Part shown: one piece after another, positions 1 to 9,221 of the stretch
Layout of the letters: each line of letters begins with the position of its first letter
How positions within the stretch are numbered: position 1 is the first letter of the stretch
Source of the DNA: Candidatus Omnitrophota bacterium
Lineage (GTDB): Bacteria; Omnitrophota; Gorgyraeia; Zapsychrales; Zapsychraceae
Reading direction: 5' to 3'
Assembly: GCA_015233115.1 (NCBI GenBank)
Contig: JADFYJ010000005.1
Span: 86,359 to 150,358, forward strand
Length of the DNA stretch: 64,000 nt
Translations under genes and position numbers: made by a program
The notes under the pieces: generated by a model
Told to the model about the DNA's origin: nothing
Database searches by the model: none
Seen by the model: the letters and a program-made list of their open reading frames with translations, nothing else

Positions 1-1162
1 ATTTTTGCCGCAAACTTTTTAGCGCGGCCGTTATCAAAACTACATCCCCCATAGAACTGAATTTGATGACCAAAATATTCTTCATCCCCAAAATTTCATC
101 ATAAACCGCTAAAGTCCTAACCGCCATTTTTTCCAGCGTATATTCCTGATCAATTTTTTTCTTTGCCTCAGCCGTCATGCGTTCGCATAACTCCCGGTCT
201 TTTAAAAGCCGGTTGACAGCGGCCACCATAGCGTCAATATCTTTGGCCGGAATCATTAATCCATTGCGTTCATGTTCAATAATATCGACCACCCCACCGA
301 CTTCAGTCGCCACCACCGGGACACCCACCGCCTGCGCTTCAATAATCGTACGGCCGAAAGATTCCTGGGTTATGCTGGGAACAACCAATACATCAACCTG
401 AGATAAAAGCTCAGGCACATCTTGCCGATTGCCTAAAAATTCAACCTGTGATCCTATTCCCAACCTTTTAATCAAAAGAATCACTTCATTTTTATATTCC
501 TGTTTATTCGCCGGAGCATCTCCGATAATCCAAATTTTAGCGTACGGATAAACACGCAGTACTTTGGACATGGCTTTAATAAAAAACGTGTGCCCTTTAA
601 TCGGCGTCAACCGGCCGACGACCGCGATAACCGGATTCGTTTTAATTTTAATCTCATGTTTGAATTGGGAGAACCGATCCTGATCTACACTGCGCGGAAT
701 GCAGCGGATATTATCCGCGGGCACTTTATACGTATCAATCATATGCCGGCCAATCACCCGACTAGGCACAATCACCAATTTGGACCACCCCATAATCTTG
801 CTATACCAAGGATTTTTATAAAAGCCATGACAGGTCGTAATGAAAGTAGCCGGAGTTTTTTTCGACGCGAAATACGCGATCCATCCGGGAATACGCGAAC
901 GGGCATGAACAATATCCACTTTTTCATCAAGGATAATCTGCCGCAATTTTTTAATCATGAAAAACATCCGAATCGGATTTTTTTCATGCACCGGCAATTG
1001 ATAATGTTTACTGCCTTCATCCACCAAACGCTTAACCAGCAAGCCGCCATTGGAGATAACAATCGAAGCATGCCCGTGCTGAACCAAATATTTAGCAAAA
1101 TCCACAGTTCCGGTCTCAACCCCGCCCACATTTAATTCAGGTAAAATTTGTAAAATACGCAT
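1..1162 (-). CDS. GT4 (GT-B) glycosyltransferase, probably LPS core. The minus-strand frame runs without a stop from the GT4 C-terminus into a GT9 heptosyltransferase-like N-terminus (MKNILVIKFSSMGDVVLITAALKSLRQK) and off the window edge
   Basis: Minus-strand translation from ATG at 1162 gives MRILQILPELNVGGVETGTVDFAKYLVQHGHASIVISNGG...QESFGRTIIEAQAVGVPVVATEVGG...LAVYDEILGMKNILVIKFSSMGDVV. These are GT4 hallmark motifs. I checked the frame by hand and found no stop before position 1. Confidence 0.75.
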   Translation of the reverse strand, partial: MRILQILPELNVGGVETGTVDFAKYLVQHGHASIVISNGGLLVKRLVDEGSKHYQLPVHEKNPIRMFFMIKKLRQIILDEKVDIVHARSRIPGWIAYFASKKTPATFITTCHGFYKNPWYSKIMGWSKLVIVPSRVIGRHMIDTYKVPADNIRCIPRSVDQDRFSQFKHEIKIKTNPVIAVVGRLTPIKGHTFFIKAMSKVLRVYPYAKIWIIGDAPANKQEYKNEVILLIKRLGIGSQVEFLGNRQDVPELLSQVDVLVVPSITQESFGRTIIEAQAVGVPVVATEVGGVVDIIEHERNGLMIPAKDIDAMVAAVNRLLKDRELCERMTAEAKKKIDQEYTLEKMAVRTLAVYDEILGMKNILVIKFSSMGDVVLITAALKSLRQK

Positions 1163-1335
1163 ATGGCTCTCTCCAAAAAAAATTACAAAATAAAAATAAA
1201 CAATCCGCGTGCCCTGCACTATTTTTTATTAAGTGACAAAGTAACCGAGTACGCCGTCCGCAGGTGCTCCCGGCACTACTCGGACATTACGTCCTCGGTC
1301 GCAGCGTTATTATATCTTCGCGAACATCTTTTCAA

Positions 1336-1456
1336 ACCGCGTGCCCCATACACAAGGTTTGTGTTTAAACCAAAACACCGAGCGAGTTCAGCTCCGCTTA
1401 GGAGCTGCTGTTTGAGCGAATGATTTGGTTTAAATGCAAACCGCCCTACCGCGCGC
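1336..1456. repeat. structured intergenic repeat, copy 1 (about 120 bp): inverted arms ggtttgtgtttaaacc / ggtttaaatgcaaacc around core gagcgagtt-cagctccgcttaggagctg-ctgtttgagcgaa
   Basis: Near-identical to copy at 38689-38816; related to 7084-7198 and 45176-45257. Confidence 0.85.
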
Positions 1457-1469
1457 TTTATTAAAAATG

Positions 1470-3461
1470 TTATATAATTTGTTTCAATCTATTATAAATT
1501 TTTGCCGCGTCATCAATCGGCCGGGTGATAATTTTTTTCCCAGCCATTTGTGAAAGAATTTCCCCCGTTTGATTGACGTTGGCAGTGACTACATAATTTT
1601 GTTCATTCAACCGGTCCACAAAAATTTCATGCTTAAATCGCTTACGCATAAACGTTTTCTTGAATGTAGGCTTAAATACCAAAGTTGGCTTACCCGATGT
1701 TACAGCTTCGGAAACCATCGATATACTATCGCCGGACACCACTAATAAATCTGCCGCACCCAATATGCCTCCCAGTGCTTCTGTAAAATTATTTTTGCTC
1801 GCGATGACCAGCACCGGACACAGAGCATTGTTCTCCAATTCTTTGAGCAATAACGCTTCCACATCAGCCGCTGTCCGCCGTGATGATGTGACCAGCAATT
1901 TCATTCTCTGTTGACCAGCAAACTGTTTTAACTGCTCCACCAATATCCGGATCTGCTCAAACGTGATTGACATATTTTTGGAATCACCGCCGATCAAAAT
2001 CCCTATTTTTAAACATTTATCCGCTTTCACTTGTGGATAACGTTCGAAAAGTTTTTGCCTCATATCACTCAAATAAGCCGGAGAAATAAGATTTGGTGCC
2101 CCTTGGGTGATCACCACATCTTTATAGGTTTGGCCTATTTTCAAATCATGTTGAGGAAGAATTAACGCATTAAAACATTTAAACCGCATCAAACCAGGAC
2201 GTTGAATGCCAATTCTTTTAGCTCCGGTTTCCTGGGCTAAAACGTAATTGATCCCCGCCATGGAAGACCCGCACGAAATCACATAATCTGCTTTAATTTT
2301 CTCGATTCGGGCATAGACCTCAGGCATCAAGAACGGTTTTAACAAAATAATATACCCTTCCCGAATCAAAGGACTCATTAAAAAAGTAACGAGCGATGCC
2401 CAGCGTGATGCCCAAATATTGCGGAATTTGATTTCACAGATCTCAACCGTTGACTCAATATTTTTTTCTTTCAAACATTGCTGTACTAACCCAGCCACCG
2501 CTTGCGCCTGATGGACATGTCCGGCTTTTCCATCGGATAAAATTACCAGATGAGCCTGGGACGAATGTTTCCAAACTCGATAAGTCCATAAATATTCATG
2601 CGGCCGTGAGCGGATTGAATCTTCCATGGTTTTCACACATAGCCGTAAATTCGTCTCAATATCTTTTTGCAAATCTCCGGTGTTGATCATTTTTATTTCC
2701 GGAAACATCTTAAAATAATTCCGACCATTCTTTAAACGGGTAATACTCACCATACAGACCGGGACATCATATTTAAGCGCCAAACGGACGCCACCCGTCG
2801 ACATAGACGCGGTCCGCCCAAAAAAAGGGACACGAAATCCGTCAGCGCCGCCTTGATCGATTACAATCCCAGTTGAATGGTTGCTTTTGAGCGCTTTAAT
2901 AAAATCTCTCGGCCCCATCCCTGTCGATAACGACACCGCCCCATGTTTGGTTCGGTATTCATTTAACAAAGCATTTAATTTTGGATACCGCTTGTGAGGA
3001 TTAACCATGATTTTATAGCGAAAGCCTAAAAATCCGGCTAACGCACTGGCCAATTCCCAGTTTCCCAAATGCATGGCAAAAAAAAGCAAACCATGGCCGC
3101 GGTCCAGAATTTTTCGAGCCTCTTCAATCCCGTTTATTTCAATCAATTCATGAAAATTTTTTGAATTTAAAATCGGAAAACGCAGAAATTCAATAATATT
3201 TTGTCCGAACTGAATAAAAAAAGCTTTTACGAGCGCATGCAATTCTTTAGGCGTTTTTGTCTCTCCAAAAGCTTGTTTCAAATTGTAATAGCACAACCGA
3301 CGTTTTTTGGAGTTTGTCCAATACGCCACATGGCCCATGCCACGGCCAACTATTAACGCAATTTTAACAGGTAACGCGCAAATAAACGCGGCAAACCCTC
3401 TAATGAGGAAACAACAAAGCGATTCTACCAAGTATTTGATCCTTTCCTTCTGTAACATCAA
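1470..3461 (-). CDS. lpxL: fusion protein: N-terminal lipid A lauroyl/myristoyl acyltransferase (LpxL/HtrB family, about 300 aa) plus C-terminal ELM1/DUF1022-like GT-B-fold domain (about 360 aa)
   Basis: N-terminus has a TM helix then ...FAMHLGNWELASALAGFLGF...IVIDQGGADGFRVPFFGRTASMSTGGVRLALKYDVPV (LPLAT/LpxL motifs). The C-terminal half starts HLVILSDGKAGHVHQAQAVAGLV...KIGILIGGDSKNMS...LLVVSGDSISMVSEAVTSGKPTLVF, as in PF06258-like proteins. Confidence 0.8.
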   Translation of the reverse strand: MMLQKERIKYLVESLCCFLIRGFAAFICALPVKIALIVGRGMGHVAYWTNSKKRRLCYYNLKQAFGETKTPKELHALVKAFFIQFGQNIIEFLRFPILNSKNFHELIEINGIEEARKILDRGHGLLFFAMHLGNWELASALAGFLGFRYKIMVNPHKRYPKLNALLNEYRTKHGAVSLSTGMGPRDFIKALKSNHSTGIVIDQGGADGFRVPFFGRTASMSTGGVRLALKYDVPVCMVSITRLKNGRNYFKMFPEIKMINTGDLQKDIETNLRLCVKTMEDSIRSRPHEYLWTYRVWKHSSQAHLVILSDGKAGHVHQAQAVAGLVQQCLKEKNIESTVEICEIKFRNIWASRWASLVTFLMSPLIREGYIILLKPFLMPEVYARIEKIKADYVISCGSSMAGINYVLAQETGAKRIGIQRPGLMRFKCFNALILPQHDLKIGQTYKDVVITQGAPNLISPAYLSDMRQKLFERYPQVKADKCLKIGILIGGDSKNMSITFEQIRILVEQLKQFAGQQRMKLLVTSSRRTAADVEALLLKELENNALCPVLVIASKNNFTEALGGILGAADLLVVSGDSISMVSEAVTSGKPTLVFKPTFKKTFMRKRFKHEIFVDRLNEQNYVVTANVNQTGEILSQMAGKKIITRPIDDAAKIYNRLKQII

Positions 3462-4479
3462 AACAAATATCCAAAACTAATAATCGGATATCTTCTGACA
3501 AAAATTTCAAAAACAAATTAATTTTAACCGCATCTTTGCGCGTCGTAACTAAAATTTTAATTTTTTCAACATTGCAACCCATGTTCATACTCTTAAAATC
3601 TTCTTCAGTATAAGAATGATGATCGATAAAATGAAACCCTTTAATCACGCAAGCGCCCAACTGCTCTAAAGTATGTTTAAATGAAGTCGGATCCGCGATA
3701 CTGCAAAAATATCCCACCACTTGCCCATTCACAAAATCTATTGAAAAAGAACCAGGATGTCGCACATCATAAAACCCAGCTGGTCTATGCACTCCCTGGC
3801 AAACTAACACACTCGGCCCACTTTCAGAAACGCTTTTAAGCACGCTTTGCGAATTTTTTCTCATTAAATCTGTCTTTGTTAAAACAACGACGTGAGCACG
3901 TTTTAAACTTTTTACTGGTTCACGCAGAATTCCTGATGGAAGTAAAGAGCCATTACCCCAGGGATTCGTCGCGTCAACGGCCACCAAATCAAGATCCCGC
4001 TTTAACTGACGATGTTGAAACCCATCATCAAGAATAAACACATCCGCCGGATGTTCATTTAAATAATTTTTAGCATTCAAATAACGGTTAGGACCGATTA
4101 AAACTGGCACATCTTTTACCATTTGCTGGACCACCTGAGCTTCATCACTTAACACCTTACCGCCGTGATGATCCTTGTCCATATAACCACGCATGAGCAC
4201 CACTGGCTTTAATCCCATGGATTTAAATGTCTCAGCCAGCCATATCGCAATGGGTGTTTTTCCTACACCCCCCACTACAATATTTCCAACTGAAATGACC
4301 GGCCGAGGCAGACGGTAAGTTGGCATAAGCCCCGCGTCAAACAGCCCATTACGTGCCTTGATAATTAAACCGTATAAAATCGATAACACAAATAAAAACA
4401 AAACCAAAATAGTCGGCACAATCCCGCGTTTTTCCCCTCGCATCACTGTCCAAAAATATATCTTTAATTTCTCATTCAT
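3400..4479 (-). CDS. lpxK: tetraacyldisaccharide 4'-kinase
   Basis: VISVGNIVVGGVGKTPIAIWLAETF... P-loop and LpxK family similarity across the full length. Its 3' end overlaps the start of the downstream fused gene by 62 nt. Confidence 0.9.
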   Translation of the reverse strand: MNEKLKIYFWTVMRGEKRGIVPTILVLFLFVLSILYGLIIKARNGLFDAGLMPTYRLPRPVISVGNIVVGGVGKTPIAIWLAETFKSMGLKPVVLMRGYMDKDHHGGKVLSDEAQVVQQMVKDVPVLIGPNRYLNAKNYLNEHPADVFILDDGFQHRQLKRDLDLVAVDATNPWGNGSLLPSGILREPVKSLKRAHVVVLTKTDLMRKNSQSVLKSVSESGPSVLVCQGVHRPAGFYDVRHPGSFSIDFVNGQVVGYFCSIADPTSFKHTLEQLGACVIKGFHFIDHHSYTEEDFKSMNMGCNVEKIKILVTTRKDAVKINLFLKFLSEDIRLLVLDICFDVTEGKDQILGRIALLFPH

Positions 4480-4496
4480 AATAGTCCAATTTTATA

Positions 4497-4565
4497 AGCA
4501 TGTAGCATATAGCATGTGGCATGTAGTGAAAACTTGCTACATGCCACATGCTATATGCTATTGCA
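4497..4565. repeat. paired repeat-array element (TACATGC/TAGCATG 7-mer type), compact palindrome between kdtA stop and lpxK start
   Basis: agcatgtagcatatagcatgtggcatgtag-tgaaaacttg-ctacatgccacatgctatatgctattgc. Confidence 0.85.
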
Positions 4566-5823
4566 AATAGTCAATTATCGCCGCCATAGTCCGGTCAGTC
4601 GCCCCGCGTCCAATCTCTAAAGTTTTTTTCGCCGCATCGCCTAATTGTGCCCTTAGTTTGGGAGATTTTAAAAGGTATTTGATCTGCACGCTAAGTTCTT
4701 CTGGATTCTTAACCCGGATAATCGCTTTTTGAGACAAAAAAAGAGTCATGACATCTTTAAAATTTTGGGTATTAGGCCCGACTAAAATCGGTTTTCCAAA
4801 CGCTGCGGGTTCGATCATATTCTGCCCACCCTTAGCGGTTAAAGACTTCCCCATAAAGACCAAAGTAGCCAAACGGTATAAAGACCGCAATTTTCCAATT
4901 ACATCGACGATTATGACTGAATTTGCCGGAAGGTCTTCGCCTTCCTTGTAACTGGAATATTTAATTGGCACAAACCCCTTACGTTTCATTAAATCAACCA
5001 GCTCATCCGCGCGTTCAACATGACGCGGTGTGATAATTAATCGAACATCAGGAAAATCAAAAGTTAAATCCTTATACACATCAGACAAAATATCTTCTTC
5101 ACCATCATGCGTGCTGCCGCCAATGATAAATTGATATTTAACCGGCAATTTCAAGTATTCTTCTGCCACATTGTCCGTAATAGGAGCTAAATCGAATTTT
5201 AAATTCCCACATATTTCAACCCGACCGCGGTCAACCCCCAAATCGCATACCCGTTGGGCATCAGTTGGAGACTGCATACAAAACCGCGCCACACAATTGA
5301 GAACTGGTTTCATCAACCACTTCGCCAATTGATAATGGCTAAAAGAACGATCAGAAATTCTTCCATTCACCAAAACAATCGGAACTTTTTTCTTCGTTAA
5401 AGCATAAAACAAATTGGGCCAAAATTCCGTCTCAGCCGAAATATAAATTCTTGGATTAACAATTTTTATAAATTTTCTAACAATCCAACTCAAATCAAGC
5501 GGCGCGTACAAAACCGTCACATTTTTTCCGATCAATTTTTGCTTTGCTAAATCATTTCCGGTTTTCGTCACAGTCGTCACAATTAAATGATGCTCAGGAA
5601 AACGGTTCCCAACCCGGACAATAAGATCGCAGACAGCCAAAACCTCTCCAACGCTGACAGCGTGAATCCAGATATTATTCGTCTTTTTAATTTTATTTCT
5701 GACATCCACTGGCATAACCCCAAAACGCATCTTAAAATCCGCATGCCATTTTTTCTTAATAAACAGCACCGGAATATAAGCAATCACAAATATCAAAAAT
5801 ATAAAATCGTAAAGAATAAACAT
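4558..5823 (-). CDS. waaA: 3-deoxy-D-manno-octulosonic acid (Kdo) transferase
   Basis: N-terminal TM anchor, IWIHAVSVGEVLAV..., EFWPNLF..., C-terminal GT-B half. KdtA/WaaA family. Confidence 0.9.
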   Translation of the reverse strand: MFILYDFIFLIFVIAYIPVLFIKKKWHADFKMRFGVMPVDVRNKIKKTNNIWIHAVSVGEVLAVCDLIVRVGNRFPEHHLIVTTVTKTGNDLAKQKLIGKNVTVLYAPLDLSWIVRKFIKIVNPRIYISAETEFWPNLFYALTKKKVPIVLVNGRISDRSFSHYQLAKWLMKPVLNCVARFCMQSPTDAQRVCDLGVDRGRVEICGNLKFDLAPITDNVAEEYLKLPVKYQFIIGGSTHDGEEDILSDVYKDLTFDFPDVRLIITPRHVERADELVDLMKRKGFVPIKYSSYKEGEDLPANSVIIVDVIGKLRSLYRLATLVFMGKSLTAKGGQNMIEPAAFGKPILVGPNTQNFKDVMTLFLSQKAIIRVKNPEELSVQIKYLLKSPKLRAQLGDAAKKTLEIGRGATDRTMAAIIDYLQ

Positions 5824-5837
5824 AAAATTCCTAAGCT

Positions 5838-6107
5838 AATAGTATGTAGTACGTAGTATGTGGTATGTAGCAAAAACAAAAAACAAAAAAATCGATGATA
5901 AAACTCTAACCACGCAAAAAACCTTTGTTAAAAAACATTAAATCGTTTTTGTTTGAAACACATTAAATATTAATTTTTATCTAATCCCGAATAATTTTTC
6001 GAATAATCATTTATATCTCTATACATTAAAACTGCATCTAAACATTTTTTTACGACACACTGCTTGCACAACAATCGCTTTTTCACCACATACCACATAC
6101 TACATAC
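5838..6107. repeat. paired repeat-array element (TACATAC type): L arm 5838-5877, AT-rich spacer, core caatcgctttttc 6072-6084, R arm 6085-6107
   Basis: L aatagtatgtagtacgtagtatgtggtatgtagcaaaaac; R accacataccacatactacatac. Between xerC stop and kdtA start. Confidence 0.8.
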
Positions 6108-6112
6108 TTTTT

Positions 6113-6973
6113 TCAAGCTCTCGGATGCGCCAAATCATAAATTTTTTTTAAACGGTCAGTTGTAACATGGGTATAAATCTGAGTTGTTGATAGATTAACA
6201 TGCCCTAACAACTCTTGAACCGCCCTCAAGTCCGCGCCCCGATTAAGCAAATGCGTGGCGAATGAATGACGCAAAACATGCGGCGATACATGTGAATTCA
6301 AGGCTGCTTTAACCACATATTTATTGACTATATTCCTTACACTCCGATCCGTTAAGCGAGTCCCTTGCTTATTTAAAAAAATCGCTTTTGCCGCTGAAAC
6401 CCTGCTTTTTAAATAATCCCGGATGCTTAAAATGGCTGTCTCTCCTAACGGAACCAACCTTTCTTTCTTACCCTTACCCGCGACTTTGGCCACGCCGCCG
6501 ATCATATCTACATGCTCCACATCAAGCCCTACTAACTCACTCACCCGCATGCCTGATCCGTATAAAACCTCAAGAATAGCCCGGTCGCGTTTATCATCGA
6601 TAGCCGCTATAGGCGCGCTTTCAATGAATTTCGTCATATCTTCTTCACTTAAAAATTTCGGCAGCAGCTTTTCTTTTTTAGGCGACATGAGTAAAGACGC
6701 CGGGTTACTTTTAACCAAACCCTCACGTTCCAAAAATCTAAAAAAACTCCTTAAACTCGACAATTTTCTAGACAAAGACCTGCTCTTAAAATTCAAAGTT
6801 CGCAAATGTGCCAAATATTTACGCAACAAAAGATAATCTACGTTATCAACCGCAACCTCGCCAATAAATCCAAAAAATTCCACTAAATCAATCCGGTAAT
6901 TCAATACCGTGTGCGGAGAATAATTCTTTTCAACCTGTAAATACGAAATAAACTTATCCACAAACCGGTTCAT
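6113..6973 (-). CDS. xerC: tyrosine site-specific recombinase XerC/XerD family
   Basis: MNRFVDKFISYLQVEKNYSPHTVLNYRIDL... N-terminal SAM-like domain; C-terminus RHSFATHLLNRGADLRAVQELLGHVNLSTTQIYTHV. The ORF-track N-terminal extension (to 7210) runs through a repeat element and is rejected. ATG at 6973. Confidence 0.88.
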   Translation of the reverse strand: MNRFVDKFISYLQVEKNYSPHTVLNYRIDLVEFFGFIGEVAVDNVDYLLLRKYLAHLRTLNFKSRSLSRKLSSLRSFFRFLEREGLVKSNPASLLMSPKKEKLLPKFLSEEDMTKFIESAPIAAIDDKRDRAILEVLYGSGMRVSELVGLDVEHVDMIGGVAKVAGKGKKERLVPLGETAILSIRDYLKSRVSAAKAIFLNKQGTRLTDRSVRNIVNKYVVKAALNSHVSPHVLRHSFATHLLNRGADLRAVQELLGHVNLSTTQIYTHVTTDRLKKIYDLAHPRA

Positions 6974-7083
6974 ATGCAATCCTTCTTTTAAAAGAAGCAT
7001 TATACTACAAATTATATTAATTAATAGATTTTGAAATAGAAATATAAGAAGAATAAATGAAGCTAAAATCAATCTAAAAAAAC

Positions 7084-7198
7084 TAGGGCCGTACAAACGC
7101 CACATTGCAATCAAATCCCAGAGCGAGTTTCCGTGGCGCCTCGCCACGGTTGTTTGAGCGAAGGATTTGATTGCAATGTGGCCGCAATAGGCCCACGT
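7084..7198. repeat. structured intergenic repeat, variant copy: 20-bp perfect inverted arms gccacattgcaatcaaatcc / ggatttgattgcaatgtggc around core cagagcgagtt-tccgtggcgcctcgccacgg-ttgtttgagcgaa
   Basis: Read from sequence between topA stop and xerC start. Confidence 0.8.
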
Positions 7199-7227
7199 AA
7201 TATAAATCAAAATTGAAATTTACAGAT

Positions 7228-9210
7228 TTATATTGTCGCACTTTTTTCATCTGCAAGTTTATTTTCTTCCGGCAATTCATTGCTGACATAGGTGCATTTC
7301 GGATACTTGGAACATCCGTAAAACTCACCTTTTTTAGAATGACGCTTGATAATTTCACCTTCTTGGCACGTGGGGCATTTGATTCCAGTCGTATAAGGTT
7401 TAGCGAATTTACATTCCGGAAATCCTGAACAACTTAAGAACCGACCGCGGCGTCCCCACTTGATCACCATTTGCTTACCGCAATCCGGGCAATTCTGGTC
7501 AACATAATGGATAGTTTTTTCCGTATTCGCTTCTGCCAGAACCAATTCTTTCTTGAACGGCTCATAAAAATTCTGGAGCAGTTTTAAATACGTCATGCGG
7601 CCTTCCTCAACTTCATCCAGCTCTTCTTCCATCTGCGCCGTAAAACCTATATCCATAACTTTGGAGAAACGCTCCACAAGAAGATCAATGACTTTCATCC
7701 CCAGATCCGTCGGCGCTAAATAGCCTCCCTTTTCCCGCAAAACATAATTACGCAAAACTATGGTTTGAATAATCGCCGCGTAAGTACTTGGGCGGCCAAT
7801 GCCTTCTTCTTCCAAAGATTTAACCAAACTTGCTTCAGAAAAACGGGGCGGCGGTTTGGTAAAATGCTGAGTCGGCTTCAATTCCATTAAATTCAATTTA
7901 TCCCCTTCAACATAGTGGGAAAAATCCGCTTTACCTTCCTCTTCCTCATTTTGCGGATATACAGTCAAATGTCCGTCAAAAATTAAAGTCGAACCTGAAG
8001 CCGCGAACAAACAATTAGCCGCTTGAATCTCCATCCTGCGATATTGATATTCCGCGGATTCCATCTGACAGCTGACAAAACGATTCCAAATTAATTGATA
8101 TAATTTAAATTGATCGCCATCAAGAAATGACCTCACTTCTTCCGGGGTGCGATAGACATCAGACGGGCGGATAGCCTCATGCGCTTCTTGGGCGGACTTA
8201 CGAGACTTGTAAACATTGGGTGTTTCCGGTAAATATTTTGCGCCATGTTTTTCCCCGATATACGCACGAACACGGGCCACGGCTTCCAGCGACAAATTCA
8301 CAGAATCAGTACGCATGTAGGTAATCAAACCAATCGTCTCTCCACCCAATTCCACACCTTCATACAATTGCTGCGCGAGCAACATAGTTTTTGCCGCATT
8401 GTAGCGTAATTTATTAAATGCTTCTTGCTGTAATGTACTGGTGATAAACGGAGGATTCGGCTTTTTACGGACTGAACGGCTGGAAATACTAGTCACCAAA
8501 TAATCAGACGTCTTTAATTTACCCACCAAATCTTCCGTGATTTGTTGATTGCCTAATTCAAATTTCTCCCCATCAATCTTATCCAAATTCGCCGTTAAAA
8601 TATCCGTACGCCCGATTTTCTGAAGATCAGCGGCGATTTGCCAATATTCTTTAGGATTGAAAGCTAAAATAGAACGTTCCCGCTCCACAATCATTCTAAG
8701 CGCGACAGACTGCACGCGGCCGGCGCTTAGACGTGACCCTATTTTTTTCCACAATAAAGGGCTGATCTGATAACCGACTAATCGGTCTAATACCCGGCGG
8801 GCAACCTGCGCGTCAATTTTTTTATGATCAAAATCGCGCGGATGTTCAAAAGCTTTTAAAACCGCTTCTTTAGTGATTTCCTGAAACGTCACACGGAAAT
8901 TCTTTTTCCCTTCACCCAAATGCTCAACTAAATTCCAACCAATCGCTTCTCCTTCCCGGTCAGGATCAGTCGCGAAATAGATGGTATCAGCGCCTTCAAT
9001 ATCTTTTTTAAGTTTGGTCATGATTTTAGATTTACTACGCACCACGATAAAATGCGGAGCAAAATCATGCTCAAGGTCTATGCCCAAAGTTGATTTCGGC
9101 AAATCAACCAAATGTCCCATCGACGCCACCACTTTAAATTTACTGCCCAAAATTTTATTAATCGTCTTAACTTTAGCCGGAGACTCCACAATCACAATCG
9201 ATTTAGCCAT
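7228..9210 (-). CDS. topA: DNA topoisomerase I
   Basis: TOPRIM N-terminus, active-site region ...TYMRTDS..., C-terminal zinc-ribbon repeats (CPDCGKQMVIKWGRRGRFLSCSGFPECKF; CPTCQEGEIIKRHSKKGEFYGCSKYPKC). Confidence 0.93.
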   Translation of the reverse strand: MAKSIVIVESPAKVKTINKILGSKFKVVASMGHLVDLPKSTLGIDLEHDFAPHFIVVRSKSKIMTKLKKDIEGADTIYFATDPDREGEAIGWNLVEHLGEGKKNFRVTFQEITKEAVLKAFEHPRDFDHKKIDAQVARRVLDRLVGYQISPLLWKKIGSRLSAGRVQSVALRMIVERERSILAFNPKEYWQIAADLQKIGRTDILTANLDKIDGEKFELGNQQITEDLVGKLKTSDYLVTSISSRSVRKKPNPPFITSTLQQEAFNKLRYNAAKTMLLAQQLYEGVELGGETIGLITYMRTDSVNLSLEAVARVRAYIGEKHGAKYLPETPNVYKSRKSAQEAHEAIRPSDVYRTPEEVRSFLDGDQFKLYQLIWNRFVSCQMESAEYQYRRMEIQAANCLFAASGSTLIFDGHLTVYPQNEEEEGKADFSHYVEGDKLNLMELKPTQHFTKPPPRFSEASLVKSLEEEGIGRPSTYAAIIQTIVLRNYVLREKGGYLAPTDLGMKVIDLLVERFSKVMDIGFTAQMEEELDEVEEGRMTYLKLLQNFYEPFKKELVLAEANTEKTIHYVDQNCPDCGKQMVIKWGRRGRFLSCSGFPECKFAKPYTTGIKCPTCQEGEIIKRHSKKGEFYGCSKYPKCTYVSNELPEENKLADEKSATI

Positions 9211-9221
9211 TTATCGTCCTA

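Noticed and set aside
590-1135. Plus-strand ORFs (177..401, 590..1135) inside the GT4 gene, and similar antisense ORFs elsewhere (9112..9546, 9550..9984, 52733..53188, 53570..54124, 59893..60483)
   Set aside because: They run antisense to well-supported minus-strand genes with clear family similarity, and their translations are low-complexity, Arg/Pro/Ser-rich nonsense. These are artefacts of long open antisense frames.
1163-1423. ORFs 1163..1423, 38590..38775, 45045..45296, 7083..7358 whose products share ...FVFKPNHRASSAPLRSCCLSE
   Set aside because: The shared peptide is just the translation of the conserved 120-bp repeat element, and there is no start/RBS context. Treated as repeat DNA, not a gene family.
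5838-6107. Replication origin with iteron-like direct repeats flanking an AT-rich region
   Set aside because: The same arrangement occurs at 16 or more junctions in 64 kb, each tied to gene ends, and no dnaA or DnaA boxes are visible. Far too frequent for an origin.
6974-7210. N-terminal extension of the xerC ORF (365-aa version)
   Set aside because: The extension is hydrophobic junk that runs through the structured intergenic repeat at 7084-7198. The recombinase N-terminus starts cleanly at MNRFVDKFISYLQ (ATG 6973).
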